Assembly: GCA_009103225.1 (NCBI GenBank)
Contig: RHPI01002836.1
Location: forward strand, 361,303 to 374,487
Direction: 5' to 3'
DNA: 13,185 nucleotides
Origin: Chlorokybus atmophyticus
Taxonomy: Eukaryota > Plantae > Mesostigma and Chlorokybus algae
Shown one piece after another: positions 1-9,599 of this stretch (positions are counted from its first letter, which is position 1; every line of letters begins with the position of its first letter). The position numbers and the translations under genes are program-made. The notes beneath the pieces are model-generated. The model ran no database searches and was not told the DNA's origin. It was given only the letters and a program-made list of their open reading frames with translations.

Positions 1-48
<48 letters not shown>

Positions 49-201
49 ATGTATGTATGTATATATATATATATGTATATGTATATGTACTTGTATGTGT
101 ATATGTATATATACATGTATATATATGTATATATATGTATGTGTGTATATATATATGTATATATATGTATATATATGTGTGTGTGTATATATATATATAT
201 T

Positions 202-237
<36 letters not shown>

Positions 238-290
238 CTATACATACATACATACTACACATATGTGTGTACATATATGTACATGTATGA
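1..290. repeat. Compound AT-rich microsatellite: (ATATGT)n, (AT)n, (GT)n, (ACATAT)n
   Basis: Read directly: ATATGT hexamers from position 1, interrupted AT/GT dinucleotide runs, and ACATAT hexamers at about 203-238. It explains the Y/M/I/V-rich ORFs at 3-468. Confidence 0.97.
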
Positions 291-629
291 ATGGTTATAT
301 AACAAAGCTCTTACCTTGTCCAGTGGGTGGACAATGTTTACCCAAGTTTTGCAAAGTGTTGCAGTGGCGCTACCCAAACATTATCTTAACAATGCTGATT
401 TAACAACACAAATAAACCGTTTACAAACATGTGCACATGATGTTGAGCATGCGCCGATGCATATTTAGCTAAATGTGCGCTCTATTTCTCATGTCAGTAC
501 ACGAAGCATGATGTTAAATAGTTGTGCATGGACAGTAATCATTTTCGAACTGCTTCACACTGATTGACCACAACAGGTTAATAACAGCTTCCGAACGATA
601 CTTTTTAAAAATCGATTAAAAATTGTTTA

Positions 630-2010
630 TTAACAGCTTGTGGTCTGAACTGTGGTCCGAAACTTCTCCTTTTGGCGGCCACTATCATTGCCGTTACCAT
701 TTGAATGGTTCGCTTTGTGGGCTGAGGTCTTCGGTACCTTTCTTTTCCGCGAGCTCTCGATCAGCTTGCCGATCTCGGCTGCTTTTCTCATCATATCAAT
801 ACAGGACTTTTGGGCTCATTGAAACATTGATAATTGATACTTGATCATCCTCGGATGATCGCAAAGTGATGGAGTCAGCTTTTGGTAGAAACGGTAAGCT
901 CGGTCCTGAAGCTCAAGTGGGTGGTTGTGATTCGAGGCCGTAGCCGTGAGTACTTTGAGTTTTCGAATGTACTCATCGGTGGTCATGTTATCGGTATGAA
1001 CTAATTCATTCAACTGCTCAATAGCCTCACGTCCCGGGTCCACCAATTGATAGTGCTCAAACATCATCTTTTTGAGAGATTCCACGGTTATTTTCTCCCG
1101 GAGATAGAGCCCTTCGATAATCACTTCATAATTCGAGCCCTTCGGTATTAACTTAAAACTCCGCCGCATAAAGCTTATCCTTCGGAGTCTTTGCAGTCCT
1201 CATGCTGACTTCGAAGAGTGCCCAATAATTATCACTGGTGTCTTTGGCGGGATTAATCCAATCTTTCGGAGTATTCATCATCCGATTTATCCCACTGCCT
1301 CCGTGTGGAGCAGCAAGTTGTTTCTTCGCCAAAACCGCATTTTCCTTCTGTAACTCACCTATTCGAGCCATTACCTCAACTAGGTGCTTGTCGGAGGTTT
1401 GTTTCGATAATAAAAGATTCATGATACCCAAGCATGAATCGCCGTTTTGATGTCGGAAGAGATCATTGAAAAGGCGTCTATTTTCACTCTCCAATAAATT
1501 ATACGTGGCGTTTAGCACCTCCAAGTCTCCCGTTGAAATCTATCGAGCCTTTTGCTCGGGAGTGACTTTTTGTAATTCGGGGGCCTTTTTGCGTTGAACC
1601 CTTTTTATAGCTACGGTCATTAATGAAATAGCCGGCTTCGGCTTCTCATCTTCGGAGTCACGTTCGGAAGACTCTTTCAAAGTATCCACCCAATTCACCG
1701 ATAAAGCCGGTGTCGGTACTGCCGGTATCACTTTTTGGTTCACAGGTACCTCATCGTCCGTAGACTCTTCGTAGTCCGAAGAATCTTGATTCACCGTGTG
1801 GTCGAGGGTAGCTACTACCCGACCCGGTTGCTCATCTTCGGATTCGGACGAAGTCCCACCCGAAACATATCTCCGATTTAACCTTTGTTCCCATCGCGTA
1901 AAGCCTATGGTAGTGGAGGGGACTCCTTTCGCGAGTATGCCGCTAGGGTATCTAGTGGGCTTACCCCTCGTGATAGCCGCTTCGGCTTTTGAGTCTTTAG
2001 TTAGAGCCAT
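630..2010 (-). pseudogene. gag: Decayed LTR-retrotransposon gag (Ty3/Gypsy-like capsid region), about 459 codons when reconstructed
   Basis: ORFs 1540-2010 and 1153-1524 share a frame and are separated by one TAG (1540-1542). Removing one T from GAG TTT TAA G (about 1155-1158) joins ...KDKLYAAEF to KLIPKGSNY... of ORF 816-1169. After the TGA at 816-818 the frame continues as AQKSCIDMMRKAAEIGKLIESSRKRK... to TAA at 630-632. The segment AIEQLNELVHTDNMTTDEYIRKLKVL...RAYRFYQKLTPSL matches the retrotransposon Gag capsid pattern (L.Q..M.V.EY...F..L...RF..GL...L). The N-terminal part is acidic/Ser-rich and low complexity. Confidence 0.8.
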
Positions 2011-2500
2011 TTTCGGTATCTGTGGAAGCGTGAAAGGATGTTAGTCCTTTGGATCAAAACCGTGCTCCGAATCTAATGTTACGGGGGCCTTTCTTCTTAC
2101 CTCCTTGTGATTCACTCGGACGGCATAAAGTCCGTTGGTTCACTTAGACACTTAGTAGCGACTTTGTTTACACGCCGAATGACTTCACTTCGGCGACTCA
2201 TATTTTCGAAGATAGGCGGCTTCGCTACTTCCAAAATAATTATTTGAGACTTTGCGTTTCCCCACCAAGACGTATCTCGGTTTCAACCCCCAACCCCGTT
2301 AGATCACTTAGCGGCTTCACCAAGAACTACCCTCGCCGTGGTGAACTATTCACTCCGGCTAAGGCCGGCGCGGTGAGGCACCCAAGAGTGGGAGGGAAAT
2401 TTAAAAGGACGACTACCAGCCAACTCGGCTTTTAATTCCCCCCAACCTCATAATAAATTGACCTCACTCGACCTAGTCAAGCAAGGAGGCGTGTTTTAAG

Positions 2501-2510
2501 CTGGTCGCCA
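2501..2510 (-). promoter_or_regulatory. Candidate tRNA primer-binding site (TGGCGACCAG on the minus strand)
   Basis: The minus strand reads TGGCGACCAGC about 490 nt upstream of the gag ATG. It is complementary to a tRNA ending ...GUCG-CCA and resembles the TGGCGAC-type PBS of Ogre/Tat-group Gypsy elements. Spacing to the nearest upstream CA is 8 nt, which is non-canonical. Confidence 0.55.
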
Positions 2511-2513
2511 AAA

Positions 2514-3718
2514 CCGCATGCATTGAATAAGTCATGTGATTTTTACAATTCGCTTAATCTACTTGCGGCCTTGGGAGTCGGCGACTAACCTACGTGCAAT
2601 TAGAAGATTTAGCCGATCATTCATTTACATTTTTTCTACGACGTCGTAAGTGAGTGCTCTTACGTGCGTGCAAAGTGGGAGTCAAGGACTTGGAATTTTC
2701 GCGACTTCGCGACAGTAGCCTTACTCGCACGCTGTATCTTTTAGCCGCGGGTTCATGGTCGCAAGGGGACTTGGTAATTCTAACTACTCGGCCCCTAGAT
2801 AATAAGCATTGACTGATTCACTTTGAATCAACATGTGATGCAATTCAACTTGCGCCCTTAGGGGGATCCTTTGCTGGCTCCCTTCCAACAATTCGCACCA
2901 TTAAAGCTTGCACATATGAGCTATGCTCGGGGGAGCGTGTCCGCAAAAATGAGACTTGAGAGTCTCACCTGATGCAGCTTTGACACCTCCAACACCGTGC
3001 ACCTTCTTGGTTCCCAATTGAGGTCCTAGGAAAGACCTTCTCTGTCACGAGTAACCAAGGCACTGATGCAACTGCGTGCCCTAGCTTCTTAAAAGAAAAG
3101 TTTAATTACATCAATTGCAACCGAACTATGTCCACCTTGGGTTGACCCTAACTACAATTTAAAAATGCTCAATTGATCATAGTAGAGGACCGCCCGAGAT
3201 GAGCCCACACTCATTTATCCGGTCAAGTGCCTTCACACAATTAATAGCTTTTTCGTCACCTAAATATTCACCCATAATAAATATTTGGATTCAACCACCT
3301 GTTGTATGGATATGTTGCGCTTGGTTCACTACCATATTCATTGGTGGCAGTTGTAGCAGGTTGGTACCTACTTAGGTTAATTTCGCAGAAAGTGTTTCTG
3401 CCACCATGCGTGAGTTCACTCACGTGTGGTGTCTCATTTTCCACTCTCGGTTGCAAGTCCCCACTATGGACTTATTTGATTACACTCGCCTGAATCCAAC
3501 CACATAATTTCTTCAACTTCATAATCATCAACATAAATCAACCCATTTGTTCACTATCTACAGAATGCATACAGCTTAGAACTAGCTTCGTGACAGCAAC
3601 CAACAAAATGAAGAAATTATTACGCTTCAACATCACTTGATTAAGATTATGCTTGAATGCTTGAATTACATGAGGATGGAAACCACCAACGCGGAATTCG
3701 TTATGTTCACTTCTTACA
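2514..3718 (-). mobile_element. Probable 5' LTR of the gag-bearing retroelement (outer boundary uncertain)
   Basis: Non-coding block immediately upstream of the candidate PBS. Possible TG starts on the minus strand are at 3718 (TGTAAG) or 3743 (TGTCAT). There is no second LTR copy in the window to confirm the boundaries. Confidence 0.35.
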
Positions 3719-4230
3719 TGATGTGTTCATTATTCAGATGACACATGGTGTGCGTTGGGAAACATTTACCATCTTGACCATATTGCATTGCGTCATTGTA
3801 TGTGATATTTATCGTGTGTGTTGGCAAACATTTGCCAACCGCATCATACGGTGTTGTTGTACATTTTGTACGATGCTCGTGTTTGCATTTTGCACGGGAT
3901 GCGTGTTTGAAGTATTTGATCAATGTGTATTTGATGCACTTCAATTTCTGATCTTACCGAAGATATGTTCATACCACGTAGTCATTGGCAGTGATTCACA
4001 CAACTCGTTTCGTACTCAACATATGATGCGTGTTACAATGTGCTACTTTGAATGTTGGCATTCAACTGCGGTTTACGTATATAATCAACATAATACCAAT
4101 GGCAACCCGATTGAGACAAAACTCTTTATGCTCGCAAAAAAGCTGCATTGGGGATTTCACTTACGCGAATCCCTGAAAATCGAGTATGCTATGGTTGCAA
4201 ACCGCATAAAACTTGATTGTAGGATTCAGG

Positions 4231-4330
4231 AAACGGTCAAAAGTGATGTTAGAACCGTCGGCAAACGGCGACAATCGAGAACGACGTTATATAAGAATAC
4301 GTTGTTGCTTATATGGAGGTCGAACCGTTT
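4231..4330 (+). promoter_or_regulatory. Candidate promoter: three AAACGG hexamers around a TATATAA box
   Basis: AAACGG at 4231-4236 and 4263-4268, its reverse complement CCGTTT at 4325-4330, and TATATAA at 4288-4294. The cluster lies upstream of an acceptor-like CTACAG (4560-4565) and an ATG at 4575. Confidence 0.3.
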
Positions 4331-4574
4331 TGCAAAGTGGCCTTTTCGCCGCGGTAATGTTCTGACGTCTTCTGATACTCCTCACGTCACTGTATTGACT
4401 GACTTGACAGGTCCCTGCTTAACGACGTATTTGGCGCCTTGCGTATATGGCGTCCGTGCATTGACCGTCTTCGTGTGTTGTTGTCTAGGTTGCCCCGTGA
4501 TGCTCGCCGGCTTGTCCTTGAGGTTTTATTCCTGTTAGTCGTGCAATGTTTTTGGTGCGCTACAGTTGTATGCG

Positions 4575-4709
4575 ATGGCGGCGTCGTCTTCGTCAACGGT
4601 CTTCAGCGATTTCCCTGATGCCAAGGACACAAAGGCGGCGTTTGAGTCTGCTCGCCCTTCCTTCCCTTTCGCTACAAGGGCTTTTTGTCGCCTTTGCCAT
4701 TACACACAG
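4575..4709 (+). CDS. Candidate first coding exon of an unknown protein (MAASSSSTVFSDFPDAKDTKAAFESARPSFPFATRAFCRLCHYTQ)
   Basis: ATG in a GCG-ATG-GCG context, GC-rich protein-like composition, and a CAG|GTACT donor at 4710 followed by a T-rich intron-like tract. It ends in a CxxC motif. Downstream exons could not be assigned. Confidence 0.35.
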
Positions 4710-5850
4710 GTACTAGACGTCTTGGTTGCGAACAACGTTTTGCACTTGTTTTTTCTTTTGCATGCTGTGCATGAACACATCTTTGTTTGCTAGGGTTAGT
4801 CGACTCTGACATAGGTTGTGCATGCGTGCATGCCTCGACTGACGGAGCTTACGATGGTATGTTCTGCTACTATGCCTTGGGGGATGGTTGGTGTTGGGGG
4901 GCACGAGGCATAAGTATGCAAGGATTTGTTATGGTGCTGCTTCTGTGCCAGCACTCGCGCACGCGGTTATATTTTATGCCCAAATCGCCAGGTCAATCCA
5001 TTTGTCGCATAGAATTGATGACATGCAAACAGTCCGTATACATATCTAGTCATCATGAGTGCTACATGCATTAGTCTACTCCTGGAGTTGTCTCAATTCC
5101 TCACTAATGCATCATATTGTGTGTTGTAGTCGGATTGTATGCGCTTCGTCAAGTTGCACTCACTGCCAGCATGCATTCGACGCTGTTGACACAATACGCA
5201 GCACTGGGGGGCCGGCGTGTGTTGAGGACACACTGCATTCTGCCAGCGTGTTGGTCTTGCCGCACTGCGCTGAATGCATTGGTTGCATGTCGTTTCGTGC
5301 GCGCCAAGCACTTACTGTTGCATCAGCATAGATTCTGTCATGCCTTCGTTTCAACAACGCTGCTAGTTTTGTGCACCTTCTGCCCTGTAGGTTGCTGCGT
5401 TAGAAGGATGCTGCATCGACCCGCAGCAACTTGCGTCTGCGCGTCATATCGGGTGCAGCGAAGCACACGCGCATGCATCCGCACTTGCCAATGCACACAC
5501 GCATGTCTCCGCCTGTTTTAACAATGTTAACGCTGCCCGCGCTGGAGGCCTGCAGGTGTGCGCGTGCGTGGTTTATGCGTGCTTGCATGTGGCTCTTGGC
5601 CATCTCACATGCGCACATGTCAGCAGTACTACCATTGCCAGCCCGCGGAGGGCCTGCCCCCTACGCCACGCGAGGACCAGCGGAGTGATGATGCTGGGCG
5701 TCACCATTGGTGGGGCAGCCTGATGCTGCTGCTCTTCGCAGGGTGCAGGACCAGGGGCCGCTGCAGCTAGTCATGAGTACACCTGGACCTCAAGGGGAGG
5801 GAAGGGGAAGGTACACATAATCGTTATTGAACTTTTAGTCCGCACTGTCC

Positions 5851-6093
5851 AGTGCAGCCTATGAGGCCGTTGCTATACCAAGCGCCTTATAGGCTGCACT
5901 AAACAGCCTATAAGCCCGCGTCATACGTTGCACTGAACAGTGCTGGCTCATAGGCTGCAATGTTCAGTGCACACAACAGCCTATGAGCCCGCCTCATAGG
6001 CACTGTTCAGTGCAGCCTATGAGTCCGACTCATAGGCTGCACTGAACAGTGCCTATGAGGCAGGGTTATAGGCTGATCAATGCAGCCTATAAC
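5851..6093. repeat. Fold-back array of inverted CAGCCTATGAG and GCACTGAACAGTGC modules forming four consecutive hairpins
   Basis: Arm pairs: 5851-5866/5885-5900 (16 bp, 1 mismatch), 5945-5957/5977-5989 (13 bp, perfect), 5991-6025/6027-6061 (35 bp, perfect, 1-nt centre), 6065-6075/6083-6093 (11 bp, perfect). Confidence 0.95.
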
Positions 6094-6339
6094 TATGAGG
6101 CGGTTGTTATAACAGGGCGCACAGACGGCACTGACTAGTGCCGCCCCATGAGAGTGGTTTGACCACTTCCATGACTCCCATGACTTTGTGTGTCTGTACA
6201 AGTAAAGCAAGCAACTACATGCAGCAATGCAACACACACCAGGCACATGGTGCGCGTGCATGCATGCATATGCGTGTTCATGTGTGCGTGTGTTGTTTTT
6301 GGCGGCTTCACATGTATGTGTATGCGCATGCTTACTCAC

Positions 6340-6523
6340 CTGTCCCCTTACAGGGAACATTGCCAGCCCGCTGCGGAGTATTTGCCCACAACGTTGCGCA
6401 AGGCCAGTAGTGCGCTGGTGATCTAATGGTGCTCCAGGGGTTACCGATGGTGGGAGCCCGACGCTGCTGCTCTCTAGAGGGCGCAAGACTGCTGATGGGG
6501 GCTGCTACAACGAGGTGCAACAG
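6340..6523 (-). other. Exon-like island on the minus strand (184 nt), coding status unknown
   Basis: A long pyrimidine tract ending TTCAG precedes 6523, and a consensus CAG|GTGAGTAAG donor follows 6340. At least one frame is open across it (LLHLVVAAPISS...NVPCKGT). No recognisable domain. Confidence 0.3.
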
Positions 6524-6775
6524 CTGAACAGCAGGTGAGCGGAGGGGCAAGGACAGGGCAGGGCGAGGACATGTATGCGCAAACGCACGCGCGTGCGCAT
6601 GCGTTTGCGCACACACATCGCACACGCGTGCATGTTCTCTTGCTCTGTCTCACACTCGCTTATGGGCTCTTTATCACAGGCGCATGCACTTACACACATG
6701 CACATGTTAGTTAACACGGGCTCACAGACCTGTAGCAATGGTCTCATGTGCAGCACCGTGCCGCCTATGAGCCAG

Positions 6776-6804
6776 TTACTGTACGCTGGCCCAGCGTACA
6801 GTAA
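6776..6804. repeat. Perfect palindrome with 14-bp arms and 1-nt centre (TTACTGTACGCTGG-C-CCAGCGTACAGTAA)
   Basis: Arms 6776-6789 and 6791-6804 are exact reverse complements. It is preceded by CCGCCTATGAG at 6761-6771. Confidence 0.92.
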
Positions 6805-7004
6805 GCCGGGCTGATAAGATGCGCACACGCACACGCAAGCATGCGCGCATGCGAACGTGCGCACGTGCATGCGCTCAAGTGTATGCACACGTGCAGGTAC
6901 CTAGCTGGCAATCAACCCACTGCTGAAGAAGAGACTCTCGGAGAGGGTTGTGCGGCCGATAAGCCAGTGCTGCATGTAAACTGTGCATGCGAACAGGTGT
7001 CCCC

Positions 7005-7937
7005 NNNNNNNNNNNNNNNNNNNNNNNNNNNNNNNNNNNNNNNNNNNNNNNNNNNNNNNNNNNNNNNNNNNNNNNNNNNNNNNNNNNNNNNNNNNNNNNN
7101 NNNNNNNNNNNNNNNNNNNNNNNNNNNNNNNNNNNNNNNNNNNNNNNNNNNNNNNNNNNNNNNNNNNNNNNNNNNNNNNNNNNNNNNNNNNNNNNNNNNN
7201 NNNNNNNNNNNNNNNNNNNNNNNNNNNNNNNNNNNNNNNNNNNNNNNNNNNNNNNNNNNNNNNNNNNNNNNNNNNNNNNNNNNNNNNNNNNNNNNNNNNN
7301 NNNNNNNNNNNNNNNNNNNNNNNNNNNNNNNNNNNNNNNNNNNNNNNNNNNNNNNNNNNNNNNNNNNNNNNNNNNNNNNNNNNNNNNNNNNNNNNNNNNN
7401 NNNNNNNNNNNNNNNNNNNNNNNNNNNNNNNNNNNNNNNNNNNNNNNNNNNNNNNNNNNNNNNNNNNNNNNNNNNNNNNNNNNNNNNNNNNNNNNNNNNN
7501 NNNNNNNNNNNNNNNNNNNNNNNNNNNNNNNNNNNNNNNNNNNNNNNNNNNNNNNNNNNNNNNNNNNNNNNNNNNNNNNNNNNNNNNNNNNNNNNNNNNN
7601 NNNNNNNNNNNNNNNNNNNNNNNNNNNNNNNNNNNNNNNNNNNNNNNNNNNNNNNNNNNNNNNNNNNNNNNNNNNNNNNNNNNNNNNNNNNNNNNNNNNN
7701 NNNNNNNNNNNNNNNNNNNNNNNNNNNNNNNNNNNNNNNNNNNNNNNNNNNNNNNNNNNNNNNNNNNNNNNNNNNNNNNNNNNNNNNNNNNNNNNNNNNN
7801 NNNNNNNNNNNNNNNNNNNNNNNNNNNNNNNNNNNNNNNNNNNNNNNNNNNNNNNNNNNNNNNNNNNNNNNNNNNNNNNNNNNNNNNNNNNNNNNNNNNN
7901 NNNNNNNNNNNNNNNNNNNNNNNNNNNNNNNNNNNNN
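7005..7937. other. Assembly gap (933 N)
   Basis: Uninterrupted run of N. Confidence 1.
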
Positions 7938-8327
7938 GTGTGCAGCGAGCGAGCGCGAGAGAGACCCTTCTCGGCGACGTGAACACGCACATGCAAGCAT
8001 GCGCGCACTACGTGACTCTTGCGCGCAAGTTCGCGGACTGCCTGTCGAGCTGGCCATCAACAACCCACTGGTAAGACAGTGAAGTTTGTATTGCATGGTT
8101 TGCGTGACTTACTGAGAACCACCTCCCCCCCAGCTATCCGTCCTTTCCATCATTGAAGGTGCAATGAGAGTGTGCATGTGTGTGTGCGCATGCGCATGCG
8201 TTTGCTGCAAGACACTGAGCGTTGCTTAGGTTGTCTGAATGTGTGCACATGCTCAGGTAGAGTTTGAGCATGCCTAGCGCACAGTGTTCATGCACACAGC
8301 AACCCTTTCATACTCTGTTTCTTGCAG

Positions 8328-8479
8328 TCACTGTTGGTGGTGGTGACCACCAGCAACACTGAGTGTAAAAAGCAGAGTATGAGCAACAAAGTTGTTGCAG
8401 AAAAAGGGGGTGCTGCTTGCTGCCTTTGCCATTACATGCGAGGCGCTCATGTAGGCCAAGGAGGCCCTCCATTGCACAG
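8328..8479 (+). CDS. Candidate internal exon (SLLVVVTTSNTECKKQSMSNKVVAEKGGAACCLCHYMRGAHVGQGGPPLH), unknown product
   Basis: Strong acceptor CTCTGTTTCTTGCAG ending at 8327 and strong donor CAG|GTGAGT at 8480, with an open frame between them. It is phase-compatible with an upstream CTG|GTAAGA donor at 8071 (...LPVELAINNPL). No in-phase downstream exon was found. Confidence 0.35.
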
Positions 8480-8567
8480 GTGAGTGCTTTGAGAGAAACA
8501 GGCACGATGGCTCAACTGCAGACGTCAACAGATCAGCACACCGCATCAGTTTGCATACATGCAAGCA

Positions 8568-8720
<153 letters not shown>

Positions 8721-9214
8721 NCACCCGCCTATGAGACATTTCACGCATATGCGTGGTCATGCACACAGTCGCATTGCACATGCGTAGATAGCTGCTATGA
8801 GTACATGTTCATTGACTTCAACACGTCAACAACGACAATGTTAAACAAGTTTTGCTTTGTGCTATGTTGTGACTGTCACCCGTTGCTGCACTAACTGGTT
8901 GTTGTTGTTGTTGTTTTTGCTTAGAAGTGAAGTCGTTGCATGCAGGAAAAGCTCAACAGTGCTCCAGCAGCGCGCTTGACCACCCCAACAGCCCGGCCAC
9001 TCAACAAGGCTGTCAACCTGTCAACAGCCATGTACGTTGGTGTCATGCATGGTGTGTTGTGCACACGCACATGGCTCTCAACCTGTGTGTGTGTGTGCGC
9101 GTGTGTGTTCCGCGCACGTGCTGTGCCAGCATGAGGGGCTGGGCCGGCCTGTACGTGGGTGTGGCCTGATGCTTGCAAGCCAGGCTCTCAACGGTGGAAG
9201 AAGCCATGGCCTAC

Positions 9215-9525
9215 GGTCTGGCCATGCTGGCCTAGAAGCGACCAGCATGACCAGGCCAGCGGCGTGGCCTGGTGCTCTTGGTATGAAGCACCAGGCCGCC
9301 CGCCAGGCCACCAGCGGCGGCCCAACTGCGGTCAGCTGCGGTTAAGCTGCAGCGGACCGCAGTTAGCCGCCAAAGCACAGTTAAATAGTCTACAGTAATT
9401 CATCCACTACCGGTTAAAGATTTATAACTATCCGGCTGCAACCGGCCGGTCAGCAAACCATGGCTTACACTATTGTACGAGACGTGCACCAGCCATGGTC
9501 CGTAGGTACGGACCATGACTGGTGC
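9215..9525. repeat. Cluster of four GC-rich inverted repeats
   Basis: Arms 9218-9230/9242-9254 (13 bp, 1 mismatch), 9266-9276/9287-9297 (11 bp, perfect), 9324-9339/9349-9364 (16 bp, 1 mismatch), 9486-9504/9507-9525 (19 bp, 1 mismatch). Confidence 0.85.
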
Positions 9526-9599
9526 GCGGCTCCTATCAAGGGTAATCGGACATGAAACGAAGTCAGACCAAGGATGGTCATTATAAACATAGTAGCACA

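Noticed and set aside
3-468. ORFs of 95-139 aa rich in Y/M/I/V/C
   Set aside because: Translations of the AT/GT microsatellite, which lacks stop codons by composition.
816-1542. Stop-codon reassignment or readthrough as the explanation for in-frame TAG and TGA in gag
   Set aside because: Two different stops plus a frameshift occur, and both stops are single C-to-T changes from sense codons. Mutational decay is simpler.
5851-6093. CRISPR-like appearance of regularly recurring palindromic repeats
   Set aside because: Repeats alternate in orientation, the spacers are themselves repeated modules, there are no cas genes, and the context is eukaryotic.
6841-8096. ORFs of 331-413 aa
   Set aside because: They are open only because they cross the 933-N gap.
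9486-9540. Helitron 3' end suggested by the 19-bp hairpin
   Set aside because: No CTRR terminus at the expected short distance on either strand.
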